Positions 1-8,480 of a stretch of 64,000 bases of DNA are shown piece by piece. The stretch spans positions 21,286 to 85,285 of the forward strand of contig JAFZOY010000094.1 of assembly GCA_017552705.1 (NCBI GenBank). The letters are read 5' to 3'. The position numbers and the translations under genes were made by a program. Below the pieces are notes generated by a model. It worked only from the letters and a program-made list of their open reading frames with translations. It was not told the DNA's origin and ran no database searches. Every line of letters starts with the position of its first letter. Within the stretch, counting starts at the first letter, position 1. The DNA comes from Bacteroidales bacterium (lineage in GTDB: Bacteria > Bacteroidota > Bacteroidia > Bacteroidales > UBA1715).

Positions 1-360
1 TACAAATACAAAGTTGAAAAAGGTTCCAAGTCGGAGTATTTTTTTATTGACGACTACGACCGTCAGTATTTTTGGATGACGGTGGATTGGGCGAATTTGT
101 TTTGTAAAAATAAACCAAAATACAAATTTCCTTATTGTATAGATTTTGCCATAGCGTTGAGTACGAATAATTTAAAGACTCTCGATGCAAGTAAACGTGA
201 GCAAGTTGAAATGTATCTCGGTTTTGATTTGAATCTTACCAAATTGTTCCAAAAGAAACAAATATGCTACTATATCTGTAAATATCTAAATTTCTATCAT
301 TTACCGATGCCGGCATTGCAAGTTGCCCCTAAAGGCAAAGGATATTGGCTTTTGTATTAG
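1..360 (+). CDS. C-terminal part of a CDS entering from the left window edge; product unknown
   Basis: Frame 1 is open from nt 1 to TAG 358-360 (track ORF 76..360 is only its Met-initiated part). No family motif recognised by eye. Confidence 0.35.
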   Translation, partial: YKYKVEKGSKSEYFFIDDYDRQYFWMTVDWANLFCKNKPKYKFPYCIDFAIALSTNNLKTLDASKREQVEMYLGFDLNLTKLFQKKQICYYICKYLNFYHLPMPALQVAPKGKGYWLLY

Positions 361-400
361 CATTATCTGGGAAAATATATTCCTCACTCAATAAAATTCC

Positions 401-408
401 TACATTTG
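401..408 (+). promoter_or_regulatory. Candidate Bacteroidetes -7 promoter box (TAnnTTTG) for the MATE gene
   Basis: TACATTTG lies 20 nt upstream of the TTG start at 428 and matches the TAnnTTTG -7 consensus known for Bacteroides promoters. Confidence 0.35.
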
Positions 409-427
409 CGGTGAAAAAATTGAAACT

Positions 428-1828
428 TTGGCATCAATATTTGTAGAAGGCACGGTTGACAAGGAATTGGGAAGCAAAAGCATTGGTTCGCTTTTGTGGG
501 CGTACTCGTTGCCGACGATTATAGCTACCGTTGCCACTTCGTTGTACAATATAATTGACAGGGTTTTTGTTGGACAGATAGTTGGTCCATTGGCGATTTC
601 GGGAATCACGGTTTCGTTGCCGTTTATGAACGTGTGCACAGCCTTGGGAACGCTGATTAGTACAGGCGCGGCGGCAATTATTTCTATTCGGCTGGGCGAA
701 AAACGGACGCACGATTCGTTGTTGACGCTCGGAAATGCTGTTCTGCTTTCCGTGTTGGTTAGTTCCCTCGTTTCCATTATTGGGTTGGTATTTCTCGACG
801 AAATATTGTGTTTATTTGGGGCAAGCTCGCTTTCGTTGCCGTATGCACGAAGTTTTATGCGGATAATTTTAATTGGAAATCCCATAGCACAATTGTTTTT
901 TTGCCTGAATGCGATAATGCGTGCCTCGTGTTATCCTGCCAAAGCTATGTGGGCAATGTTGCTCACGATGGCGGTGAATTTGATTTTGGTGTATTTGTTT
1001 GTGTATGAGATTGGTATGGGAATATCAGGCGCGGCTCTCGCAACGGTTCTTGGACAGGCTGCTGGATTGATATTGGTGTTGATACACTTTTTCAATACAA
1101 AATCACATTTGCATTTTCAAAGATTTTCGTTTGATATTCAGTGGAATATAGCGAAACATATATTTTCAATTGGTTTGTCTCCATTTTTGATTCATATTTC
1201 AACTTGTTTGGTCGTTGCAATATGTAATTGGCAGTTAAGGAATTATGGCGGTGATTATGCGATAGCCGCATACGGGGTGATTAGCACAGTGGTTAATTTG
1301 GTTGTTGTTGTTGTTTTGGGCTTAGCGCAGGGAATGCAACCTATTGTGGGCTACAATTCAGGAGCAGGGCGTTTCGATAGGGTAGTGCGGGCGTTGTGGT
1401 TTACGATTTGTATTGGTACAGGTGTCACGTTGATAGGATTTGTAGTGATGCAGTTGTGGCCGTATCGCATTGCGTATTGTTTCACAAGTGATTTTGTACT
1501 TGCCGATTTAATCCGCTCAGGAATGCGGTTGTACAGTATTATGTTCCCGTTGGTAGGATTTCAGGTGGTGGTTTCCAATTTCTTTCAATCAATTGGAAAG
1601 CCGAAAACGGCGATTTTTTTGTCGATTTCGCGTCAGTGCATCTTTTGGATACCGTTTGTGCTGGTTTTGCCGTATTTCTACGGTCTGAATGGCGTTTGGT
1701 ACGCAATGCCTGTGGCAGATTTCCTTTCCACACTTGTGACCGCATCGCTGCTGATATATCATTATAGAAAATTTCCTCTTGAGGTTCAAATAAATAATGT
1801 TGAAAATGAAAGCATTACAGCGTTTTAG
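428..1828 (+). CDS. MATE family efflux transporter
   Basis: 466-aa polytopic membrane ORF. N-terminal 'SLLWAYSLPTIIATVATSLYNIIDRVFVGQ' and two similar 6-helix halves are typical of MatE/MATE proteins. The only in-frame start after the upstream TAA is TTG 428. Confidence 0.9.
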   Translation: MASIFVEGTVDKELGSKSIGSLLWAYSLPTIIATVATSLYNIIDRVFVGQIVGPLAISGITVSLPFMNVCTALGTLISTGAAAIISIRLGEKRTHDSLLTLGNAVLLSVLVSSLVSIIGLVFLDEILCLFGASSLSLPYARSFMRIILIGNPIAQLFFCLNAIMRASCYPAKAMWAMLLTMAVNLILVYLFVYEIGMGISGAALATVLGQAAGLILVLIHFFNTKSHLHFQRFSFDIQWNIAKHIFSIGLSPFLIHISTCLVVAICNWQLRNYGGDYAIAAYGVISTVVNLVVVVVLGLAQGMQPIVGYNSGAGRFDRVVRALWFTICIGTGVTLIGFVVMQLWPYRIAYCFTSDFVLADLIRSGMRLYSIMFPLVGFQVVVSNFFQSIGKPKTAIFLSISRQCIFWIPFVLVLPYFYGLNGVWYAMPVADFLSTLVTASLLIYHYRKFPLEVQINNVENESITAF

Positions 1829-2759
1829 TGAAATATTGTCAAATCATACTTCAGTATTTATAATTTTTGTCGCTCTGTTTACCTATTTCTTTCCTGATTG
1901 TTTTTTGTGGGTGAAAGGCGATATTCAAGCTATTGTGTTGGGTATCATAATGTTGTCGATGGGAATCACGTTGACTGTTGATGATTTCAAGATATTGGTT
2001 TCCCGTCCTGTGGATATTTTGGTTGGTGCGCTTGCCCAATATTCGTTGATGCCGCTGATTGCGTTCTCGTTGACAAAGTTGTGTGGCCTTAGTCCTGCAA
2101 TTTCAGTTGGTTTGATTTTGGTAGGTTGTTGTCCGGGTGGGGTGTCTTCTAACATTATGTCGTTTTTATGTCGTGGTGATGTGGCTTTTTCGGTCGGAAT
2201 GACAACCGTAACAACATTATTGTCGCCGATAATTACGCCGATTTTGGTGTTGCTGTTGGCAGGGGAGTCTATTGATGTTGATGCTTGGGGTATGTTTCGT
2301 TCGATTTTGTTCGTTACGTTAATGCCAGTCACAATTGGATTCTTTTTGAATTATTTCTTTGGAAAGAAAGAATCGTTTATCGAAGTTCGGAAAATAATGC
2401 CAGGAATCTCGGTGATAGGATTGGCGTGTATAGTCGGTGGGGTTGTGGCGGTAAATGGCGACAAATTTTTCTCGTCGGGTTTGATAATTTTTGTCGCTAT
2501 ATTCTGTCATAATGCATTAGGGTATGTATTCGGATTCTTGGTCGGTAAAGCCTTAAAAATGGGCGTTGCAAAGAACCGTACCATAGCAATCGAAGTTGGT
2601 ATGCAAAACGCCGGGCTTGCAACCAATCTTGCATCAAAACATTTTGCAGCGTTGCCCGAAGCCGCAATAGTATCGGCAGTTTCGTGTGTATGGCATTCCA
2701 TTTCAGGAACAATTTTAGCCAATATATTCGTGAAATGGGACGAGAGAAATAAAAAGTAA
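1797..2759 (+). CDS. Bile acid:sodium symporter (BASS/SBF) family transporter
   Basis: 320-aa polytopic membrane ORF with 'GCCPGGVSSNIMSFL' and 'EVGMQNAGLA' segments characteristic of the BASS family. The start region overlaps the MATE stop (alternative ATG 1806). Confidence 0.85.
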   Translation: MLKMKALQRFSEILSNHTSVFIIFVALFTYFFPDCFLWVKGDIQAIVLGIIMLSMGITLTVDDFKILVSRPVDILVGALAQYSLMPLIAFSLTKLCGLSPAISVGLILVGCCPGGVSSNIMSFLCRGDVAFSVGMTTVTTLLSPIITPILVLLLAGESIDVDAWGMFRSILFVTLMPVTIGFFLNYFFGKKESFIEVRKIMPGISVIGLACIVGGVVAVNGDKFFSSGLIIFVAIFCHNALGYVFGFLVGKALKMGVAKNRTIAIEVGMQNAGLATNLASKHFAALPEAAIVSAVSCVWHSISGTILANIFVKWDERNKK

Positions 2760-2856
2760 GTAGGGGGTATCAACATGACAATCCCCATAACGAAAGACGA
2801 AAATATCAAAGAAATTTGACTGTTATTGTAAAACAAATATCAATAACGGAATTTAC

Positions 2857-4134
2857 TTAACTCTTGATAGTTCTTACCACATCCTTACCAAACGATTTGT
2901 TTGCAAGTTCTCGATTTCGTGGACGATATGTGCCATCGTTCATTTCGCGAAGTACGACGTTTGTAAAGAGTTTGAACATCTTTTCCTCTTGTGTCTCATC
3001 TTGATAGAATGCTTTCCACGCATATTCATAGAGCTCTTGCAAACGTTCTGCGCTCATGTGTTTCGGGTGATATACAACTTGACCTGCGTTGTAGTGGTCC
3101 CAATCGAAATCGAAGATTCTTCCCTGACGGAGCAGATCGTCGTATGCCTTGGTGTGTGGGAACGGGGCAAGAACGGTGAATTCTGCCAAATCCAAATCTA
3201 TCTCCAACAAGAAGTCAATCAGTCGTTTAATGTCGTCCTCGGTTTGGTTGTCAAGACCGAGCAGGATGGTGCCTTCCACGCCAATTCCGTAGTCGTGGTA
3301 GCGTTTCACACGTTCGCGGATATATTTCGATGTGTCGTACACAGCCTGGTACACGTACCAAGCACCTGCTTGAGCGGCTAAATCGAGCACTTGCGGATCG
3401 TCTTCAATCGTGTGGCTTATCCATTTCTTTTTCAAAGGAATCATTTCTTTGAAAAGTTGCATTTCCCATTCCTTGTTTTGTGCCAACGAGTTGTCAACTA
3501 TGAAAAGTCGGTTGTTGTCAATCGTTTCAAGGTCTTCGATGGTTTTATCGATAGGGCGGGGACGGAAACAACGGCTACCCAGATATGAAACTGCGCAAGG
3601 GTAGCAACTGAAACGGCATCCGCGTGAAGCGTGGAACAGGTCAACCATGGGAACGCCCTTGTGGTTGTAGAGTTCACGTTTGTATAAATCGCGACGGGCA
3701 GGACCCACCAACGAAATGTCGGGCATATTGCCCATATAATTGTAAACTTTTTTCAGTTTCCCGTTTTTCCAGTCGTCCATCACGGCTTCCATACGACCTT
3801 CAGATTCGCCAAGAAACACAGAGTCAGCATGTTGTATGGTTTCTTCTGCATGAAGCATGGTAGAAATACCTCCAAACATTACTTGCTTGCCCATTGCACG
3901 ATATTTGTCGGCAATAGCCCAACCACGTTTTACTTGCGTTGAAAGCATCATGGAAATGGCAACCATGTCGCATTCTTCGTCCCAATCAATTTCTTCGACA
4001 TTTTCGTCAGTGAACGAAACATCAACCCATTCGGGAAGTGTCGCCGCAAATACGACAGGTCCGTGAGGAGGCAAGTTGAACGTTGTTTGTCCAGGAAGTT
4101 TTTTCCAACGGGGATAAATCAATTTCAGTTTCAT
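2857..4134 (-). CDS. B12-binding domain-containing radical SAM protein
   Basis: N-terminal cobalamin-binding-like domain, then 'ASRGCRFSCYPC' (CxxxCxxC radical-SAM cluster motif). Start moved from 4227 to ATG 4134 (MKLKLIYPRW) because the upstream extension looks non-coding. Confidence 0.85.
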   Translation of the reverse strand: MKLKLIYPRWKKLPGQTTFNLPPHGPVVFAATLPEWVDVSFTDENVEEIDWDEECDMVAISMMLSTQVKRGWAIADKYRAMGKQVMFGGISTMLHAEETIQHADSVFLGESEGRMEAVMDDWKNGKLKKVYNYMGNMPDISLVGPARRDLYKRELYNHKGVPMVDLFHASRGCRFSCYPCAVSYLGSRCFRPRPIDKTIEDLETIDNNRLFIVDNSLAQNKEWEMQLFKEMIPLKKKWISHTIEDDPQVLDLAAQAGAWYVYQAVYDTSKYIRERVKRYHDYGIGVEGTILLGLDNQTEDDIKRLIDFLLEIDLDLAEFTVLAPFPHTKAYDDLLRQGRIFDFDWDHYNAGQVVYHPKHMSAERLQELYEYAWKAFYQDETQEEKMFKLFTNVVLREMNDGTYRPRNRELANKSFGKDVVRTIKS

Positions 4135-4263
4135 AATATGAAGTTTTATAAGCAAAAATAATAAATTACTTTTAGAGAACAATGCACAATAGTGTATCTC
4201 TACGCTGGTAAATTCAAAATCATTCAAAAACGTTTATTTCTTACCGAATATACCATAATTTTA

Positions 4264-4271
4264 TATATTTG
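4264..4271 (+). promoter_or_regulatory. Candidate -7 promoter box (TAnnTTTG)
   Basis: TATATTTG lies 24 nt upstream of ATG 4295 of the small ORF / methyltransferase / TonB receptor gene string. Confidence 0.35.
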
Positions 4272-4294
4272 TCACGAATTTTACAAGCTACCTA

Positions 4295-4495
4295 ATGAAC
4301 GGTATGGCAAAATCGTTGGCGAAATTTCTTGTGATAGTTCTTGTGATGAACGTTGTGCTTGCATCGTGCAAACCAATGTCGAATGCGCAACGGGCAACGA
4401 AAATTGCCAAGAAACGCTATAAATACATCAAACACGATTGCAATTGCCATTCGTATTTGTATCAAGTTGAAGATACTGCCAAAATAGAAGGATGA
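4295..4495 (+). CDS. Small hypothetical lipoprotein-like peptide (66 aa)
   Basis: Signal/lipobox-like N-terminus (VVLASC) and a Lys-rich tail with a CNC motif. Its stop overlaps the next start (ATGA 4492-4495), suggesting translational coupling. A -7 box lies upstream. Short and unverified. Confidence 0.4.
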   Translation: MNGMAKSLAKFLVIVLVMNVVLASCKPMSNAQRATKIAKKRYKYIKHDCNCHSYLYQVEDTAKIEG

Positions 4496-5280
4496 ACCTA
4501 TTTCTTATAAAACATACAATCAAGTATCTCCTCACATCGGGACATAAATATGGGCATAGAATACATTCGCCGTTTGTGTTTGATTTTGTTCAGTCTGTTT
4601 TCAGGGCAAAGTATTCGAAATCAGTGTTTTCACCGATAGAAAATCGCCGTCGTGCGCTTATGCTTGATTCACGAAAAATTGTTATTACTGATTTCGGAGC
4701 AGGCTCAAAACGAAAATCATCCAATACACGAACTATCAGCTACATAGCCCGGACAAGCGCATCGAGTGGAAAATATGCACGATTGCTTTTTGCCATTACC
4801 AAACGCTATCAACCACGCACAATACTTGAATTAGGCACTTCGTTGGGCATTGGCACCGCCTATTTGGCGTATGGTTGCCCAGAGGCAAAACTGATTTCGC
4901 TCGAAGGCTCGCAATCAATTGCAGATGAGGCGGTTCACACAATGGAAGCGTGCGGCATCAATTCGGCTCAGATTATGGTCGGTAATTTCGACGACACACT
5001 TGGCGAGGCGTTGCGTAAACTTCAATATGTGGATTGTGCCTATATCGATGGCAATCACACGAAGGAAGCCACACTTCGGTATTTTGAACAGATTTATCCG
5101 TATTGCAATGCCGATACAGTGTTGATTTTTGATGATATTTCTTGGAGTGAGGGAATGTACGAAGCATGGCAGACAATCATAGCCGACGAACGGGTGCGGA
5201 TAAGTATAGATATTTGTAAAAAAGGATTGGTGTTTTTTAGAAAAGGTATTGAAAAACAATGTTTTACAATTCGTTATTGA
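4492..5280 (+). CDS. Class I SAM-dependent methyltransferase (O-methyltransferase family 3-like)
   Basis: 262 aa. 'ILELGTSLGIGTAYLA' (SAM motif I), 'LISLEGS', 'AYIDGNH' and 'VLIFDDI' fit the class I MTase fold. Confidence 0.8.
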   Translation: MNLFLIKHTIKYLLTSGHKYGHRIHSPFVFDFVQSVFRAKYSKSVFSPIENRRRALMLDSRKIVITDFGAGSKRKSSNTRTISYIARTSASSGKYARLLFAITKRYQPRTILELGTSLGIGTAYLAYGCPEAKLISLEGSQSIADEAVHTMEACGINSAQIMVGNFDDTLGEALRKLQYVDCAYIDGNHTKEATLRYFEQIYPYCNADTVLIFDDISWSEGMYEAWQTIIADERVRISIDICKKGLVFFRKGIEKQCFTIRY

Positions 5281-7589
5281 TGAAAAAAATATATTCCATT
5301 ATAATTCTTCTTTGTCTTTCGATCTCGCTTGTGGCTCAACAGTTTACGGTAAGTGGAACTGTTCGTGATTCTCAATCGGGCGTTGAATTGGTTGGAGCAT
5401 CGGTTTCGGTGGTCGGAACGGCTGTGGGAACGTTTACCGATGCCAAGGGACACTATTCAATTTCGTTGCCAAAAGGCTCATATACAATAGAATACTCATA
5501 TCTTGGATATAAGGATAATTCTGTTTCGATTCAGCTGAACGACAATATGCGGAAAAATGTACGTTTGGCATCGAGTGCCATCAATATTGATAATGTGGTG
5601 ATTAGCTCCAAGGCAAAGGATTACAATATATCATCGACGCAGGTTGGGGCGCAGACGTTGAGTATGCAGGAAATAAAAATGGTTCCTGTGCTGTTTGGCG
5701 AAAACGATGTGCTGAAGACTTTGCAGCTCATGCCTGGCGTGAAAAGTGCCGGCGAGGGAGGCTGTGGCTATTATGTACGAGGTGGCGGTTCCGACCAAAA
5801 TTTGATTTTGCTTGACGGCGCTCCTGTGTATAACGCTTCGCACATGATGGGAATGTTTTCTGTATTCAATGGCGATGCTATCCGTGATGCAAAATTGTAT
5901 AAAGGCAGTATGTCGGCGGAATTTGGCGGTAGATTGTCGTCGGTGCTCGATGTTTCGATGCAGGAGGGAGGCAAGGAGGTGATTCACGGGCAGGGGGGCA
6001 TTGGTACCATTTCGTCGCACGTTGAGGTTGATGGTCCGATTCAAAAAGGAAAAAGTTCGTTCTTGGTTGCCGCACGACGGACTTATGCCGACGTGTTCCT
6101 AAAACTTCGTCGCGATGATTCAATGAAAGGTACGAAACTCCATTTTTACGATGTGAACTACAAACTCGACAATGTGATGAATGAAAAAACAAAGATAGAA
6201 TTGTCGGGCTACATTGGTCGTGATGTGTTTATGTTGCGCGATATGTTTGGCATGGATGGGGGAAACATTACATCAACTTTGTCGTTGATTCATTTGCCGT
6301 CGGAACGGTTTAAGACTGTTTCGTCACTGATTTTCAGCCATTTCGATTCAAAAATGATGGTCGATATGGCTATTGTCGATGCTAAACTTAAATCGGGAAT
6401 CATCGACTTGAATTGGAAGGAAGATTTTGAATATCGAACAACGAACAACACACTTCGTTTTGGGGAAAATATAACCGTGCATCGCTTTCAACCGGGAGAA
6501 TTGGAAACGGGAATGCTCGAAAACCCGATAGTGCTGCCGAAACAAACTGCGCTTGAGGCAAGTTTGTATGTTGATAATAATCAGAATATTAGAGATGTGG
6601 TGAAATTGCAGTATGGTGTGCGTTTCTCAAATTTCTTTCGGGTGGGCAAAGCTGTGGAATACGATTATGATGATGAGCATGTAGTAATTGACAGCACGGT
6701 GTATGAACGTGGCGAGTTGGTGAAATATTATCCCAATTTAGAGCCACGTGTGAGTGCGAATTTTAGAATAAATGAGGTGAGTTCCATTAAAGCGGCATAT
6801 ACGCGCACATGCCAGTTCGTTCATCTTATCCAGAGTTCCACCGTTACCATGCCGACGGATTATTGGATGCCAAGTTCCAACAAAGTGAAACCGCAGACAT
6901 GTTCGCAGGTCTCGGTTGGTTATTTCCGAAATTTCAACGATAATATGTACGAAACTTCGGCTGAGGTGTATTACAAAAAAATGGGCAATCAGATTGATTA
7001 TGAGAACGGTACGAACATTTTTCTCAATGCAAATTTGGAAGCCTATTTGTTGTACGGGCACAGTCGTTCGTATGGATTTGAATTGTTTGTAAAAAAGAAT
7101 CTTGGCGATTTAACTGGCTGGGTTTCATATTCGTTGTCGAAAACCGAAAAACAATTCCAAGGCATCAATTCGGGAACGTGGTATCCTGTTCGCTACGACC
7201 GCCGACACGATGTTTCGATTGTGGCAATGTATGAATTCAACGAAAAATGGAAATTTTCGGCTACGTGGGTTTATGCCACGGGCGATGCGGTTACATATCC
7301 TTCGGGAAAATATACGATTGACGGTCAGACAGTTTCGTACTACACCGAGCGAAACGGTTACCGAATGCCTGCATACCACCGTATGGACTTAGGAGCGACA
7401 TATCTTACTTCGAAAACCGAACGTTTTGAGTCGTTGCTGTCGTTTTCAATTTACAACGTGTATAATCGGAAAAACGCCTATATGATTTATTTTGAGCCGG
7501 TTGACGAGGAGAATCCCGATGTGTTGCAGGCGGTAAAAGTTTCGTTGTTCCCGATAATCCCTTCTGTTTCATGGAATTGTAAGTTTTAG
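5280..7589 (+). CDS. TonB-dependent receptor with CarboxypepD_reg-like N-domain
   Basis: Signal peptide, 'FTVSGTVRDSQSGVELVGASV' regulatory-like domain, plug ('DVLKTLQLMPGVKS..YYVRGGGSDQNLILLDGAPVYN') and a C-terminal barrel ending in F. Start set to ATG 5280 (MKKIYSII), a 1-nt overlap with the MTase stop. Confidence 0.9.
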   Translation: MKKIYSIIILLCLSISLVAQQFTVSGTVRDSQSGVELVGASVSVVGTAVGTFTDAKGHYSISLPKGSYTIEYSYLGYKDNSVSIQLNDNMRKNVRLASSAINIDNVVISSKAKDYNISSTQVGAQTLSMQEIKMVPVLFGENDVLKTLQLMPGVKSAGEGGCGYYVRGGGSDQNLILLDGAPVYNASHMMGMFSVFNGDAIRDAKLYKGSMSAEFGGRLSSVLDVSMQEGGKEVIHGQGGIGTISSHVEVDGPIQKGKSSFLVAARRTYADVFLKLRRDDSMKGTKLHFYDVNYKLDNVMNEKTKIELSGYIGRDVFMLRDMFGMDGGNITSTLSLIHLPSERFKTVSSLIFSHFDSKMMVDMAIVDAKLKSGIIDLNWKEDFEYRTTNNTLRFGENITVHRFQPGELETGMLENPIVLPKQTALEASLYVDNNQNIRDVVKLQYGVRFSNFFRVGKAVEYDYDDEHVVIDSTVYERGELVKYYPNLEPRVSANFRINEVSSIKAAYTRTCQFVHLIQSSTVTMPTDYWMPSSNKVKPQTCSQVSVGYFRNFNDNMYETSAEVYYKKMGNQIDYENGTNIFLNANLEAYLLYGHSRSYGFELFVKKNLGDLTGWVSYSLSKTEKQFQGINSGTWYPVRYDRRHDVSIVAMYEFNEKWKFSATWVYATGDAVTYPSGKYTIDGQTVSYYTERNGYRMPAYHRMDLGATYLTSKTERFESLLSFSIYNVYNRKNAYMIYFEPVDEENPDVLQAVKVSLFPIIPSVSWNCKF

Positions 7590-7592
7590 GCT

Positions 7593-8402
7593 ATGAAAAA
7601 ATCACTCTCCATATTATTTGTTTCACTTGTTGCTGTGTTCAGTTCGTGTACCGAAGTGATGGACGATTTTGATTTGACCACTGCTGAACCAAAAATTGTA
7701 GTTGATGCTTCTGTTTCGCCACAAAAGGCACAAGTAATTCTTTCAAAAACAACAAGTTATCTCAATCCTAAAAACGTTCCATATATTTCGGGAGCAACCA
7801 TTTATCTCTCGTTTAACGACACGCAATTGGCGTTGAACGAGGATTCTGCGGGATATTATTCGGCAACGATGGACTTCCCTGCGGAAACAACCTACGACCT
7901 CAAAGTGATGATTGGCGATGAGAATATTCATGCGACTTCGTATATGCCAAAAATTGTGAAGTGGGACAGTGTGATGGTGCAAAAGTCGGAATTTTCCGAC
8001 TGGATTCCTGCCGAGATGATGGATAGCACACAGAAATTGTACGATGTTTTGGGCTATATGACTGATATAAAGTCAGTTCTGAATTATTATAAAGTTGATA
8101 TTTGGCACGCTGACACCTTGCTTTCCCGTTCGGTAACCGATGATGGTTATTTCGATGGGCAGTCAATTCAATTGGTGACGCTTATGGGTGCTTATTCCTC
8201 AACCGACACGTTGCGGCTTTACCTCAGTTCAATTGACAAGGCGGCGTACGAATTCTACAATACCTTAGCCTTGTCGAATTCAAGTTCGGGAATGTTTTCC
8301 GCCCCCGATAATCCTATATCAAATTTGGAAGGCGATGCCTTAGGTCGCTTTTATGCATACACGATTGATTCAGTGTATGTTACATTTCCAGAGGAACAAT
8401 AA
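7593..8402 (+). CDS. DUF4249-like lipoprotein (TonB-receptor partner)
   Basis: 269-aa ORF with a lipobox (FSSCTE), 3 nt after a CarboxypepD_reg-type TonB receptor. That is the usual genomic position of DUF4249 proteins. Family name is from memory, not searched. Confidence 0.7.
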   Translation: MKKSLSILFVSLVAVFSSCTEVMDDFDLTTAEPKIVVDASVSPQKAQVILSKTTSYLNPKNVPYISGATIYLSFNDTQLALNEDSAGYYSATMDFPAETTYDLKVMIGDENIHATSYMPKIVKWDSVMVQKSEFSDWIPAEMMDSTQKLYDVLGYMTDIKSVLNYYKVDIWHADTLLSRSVTDDGYFDGQSIQLVTLMGAYSSTDTLRLYLSSIDKAAYEFYNTLALSNSSSGMFSAPDNPISNLEGDALGRFYAYTIDSVYVTFPEEQ

Positions 8403-8420
8403 TGTTTTGCTGTAGTGCAT

Positions 8421-8455
8421 AAAAAAAGTTGACCGACGAATCAGTCAACTTTTTG
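8421..8455. terminator. Bidirectional intrinsic terminator between the convergent DUF4249 and purL genes
   Basis: aaaaaaAGTTGACcgacgaatcaGTCAACTtttt: a 7-bp GC-containing stem flanked by an A-run and a T-run. Confidence 0.7.
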
Positions 8456-8480
8456 CTTTGTGTGTTAGAAGTCTAACGAT

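Noticed and set aside
400-885. 161-aa minus-strand ORF antisense to the MATE transporter
   Set aside because: It is contained in the MATE CDS. The MATE frame has family-typical motifs and hydrophobic periodicity.
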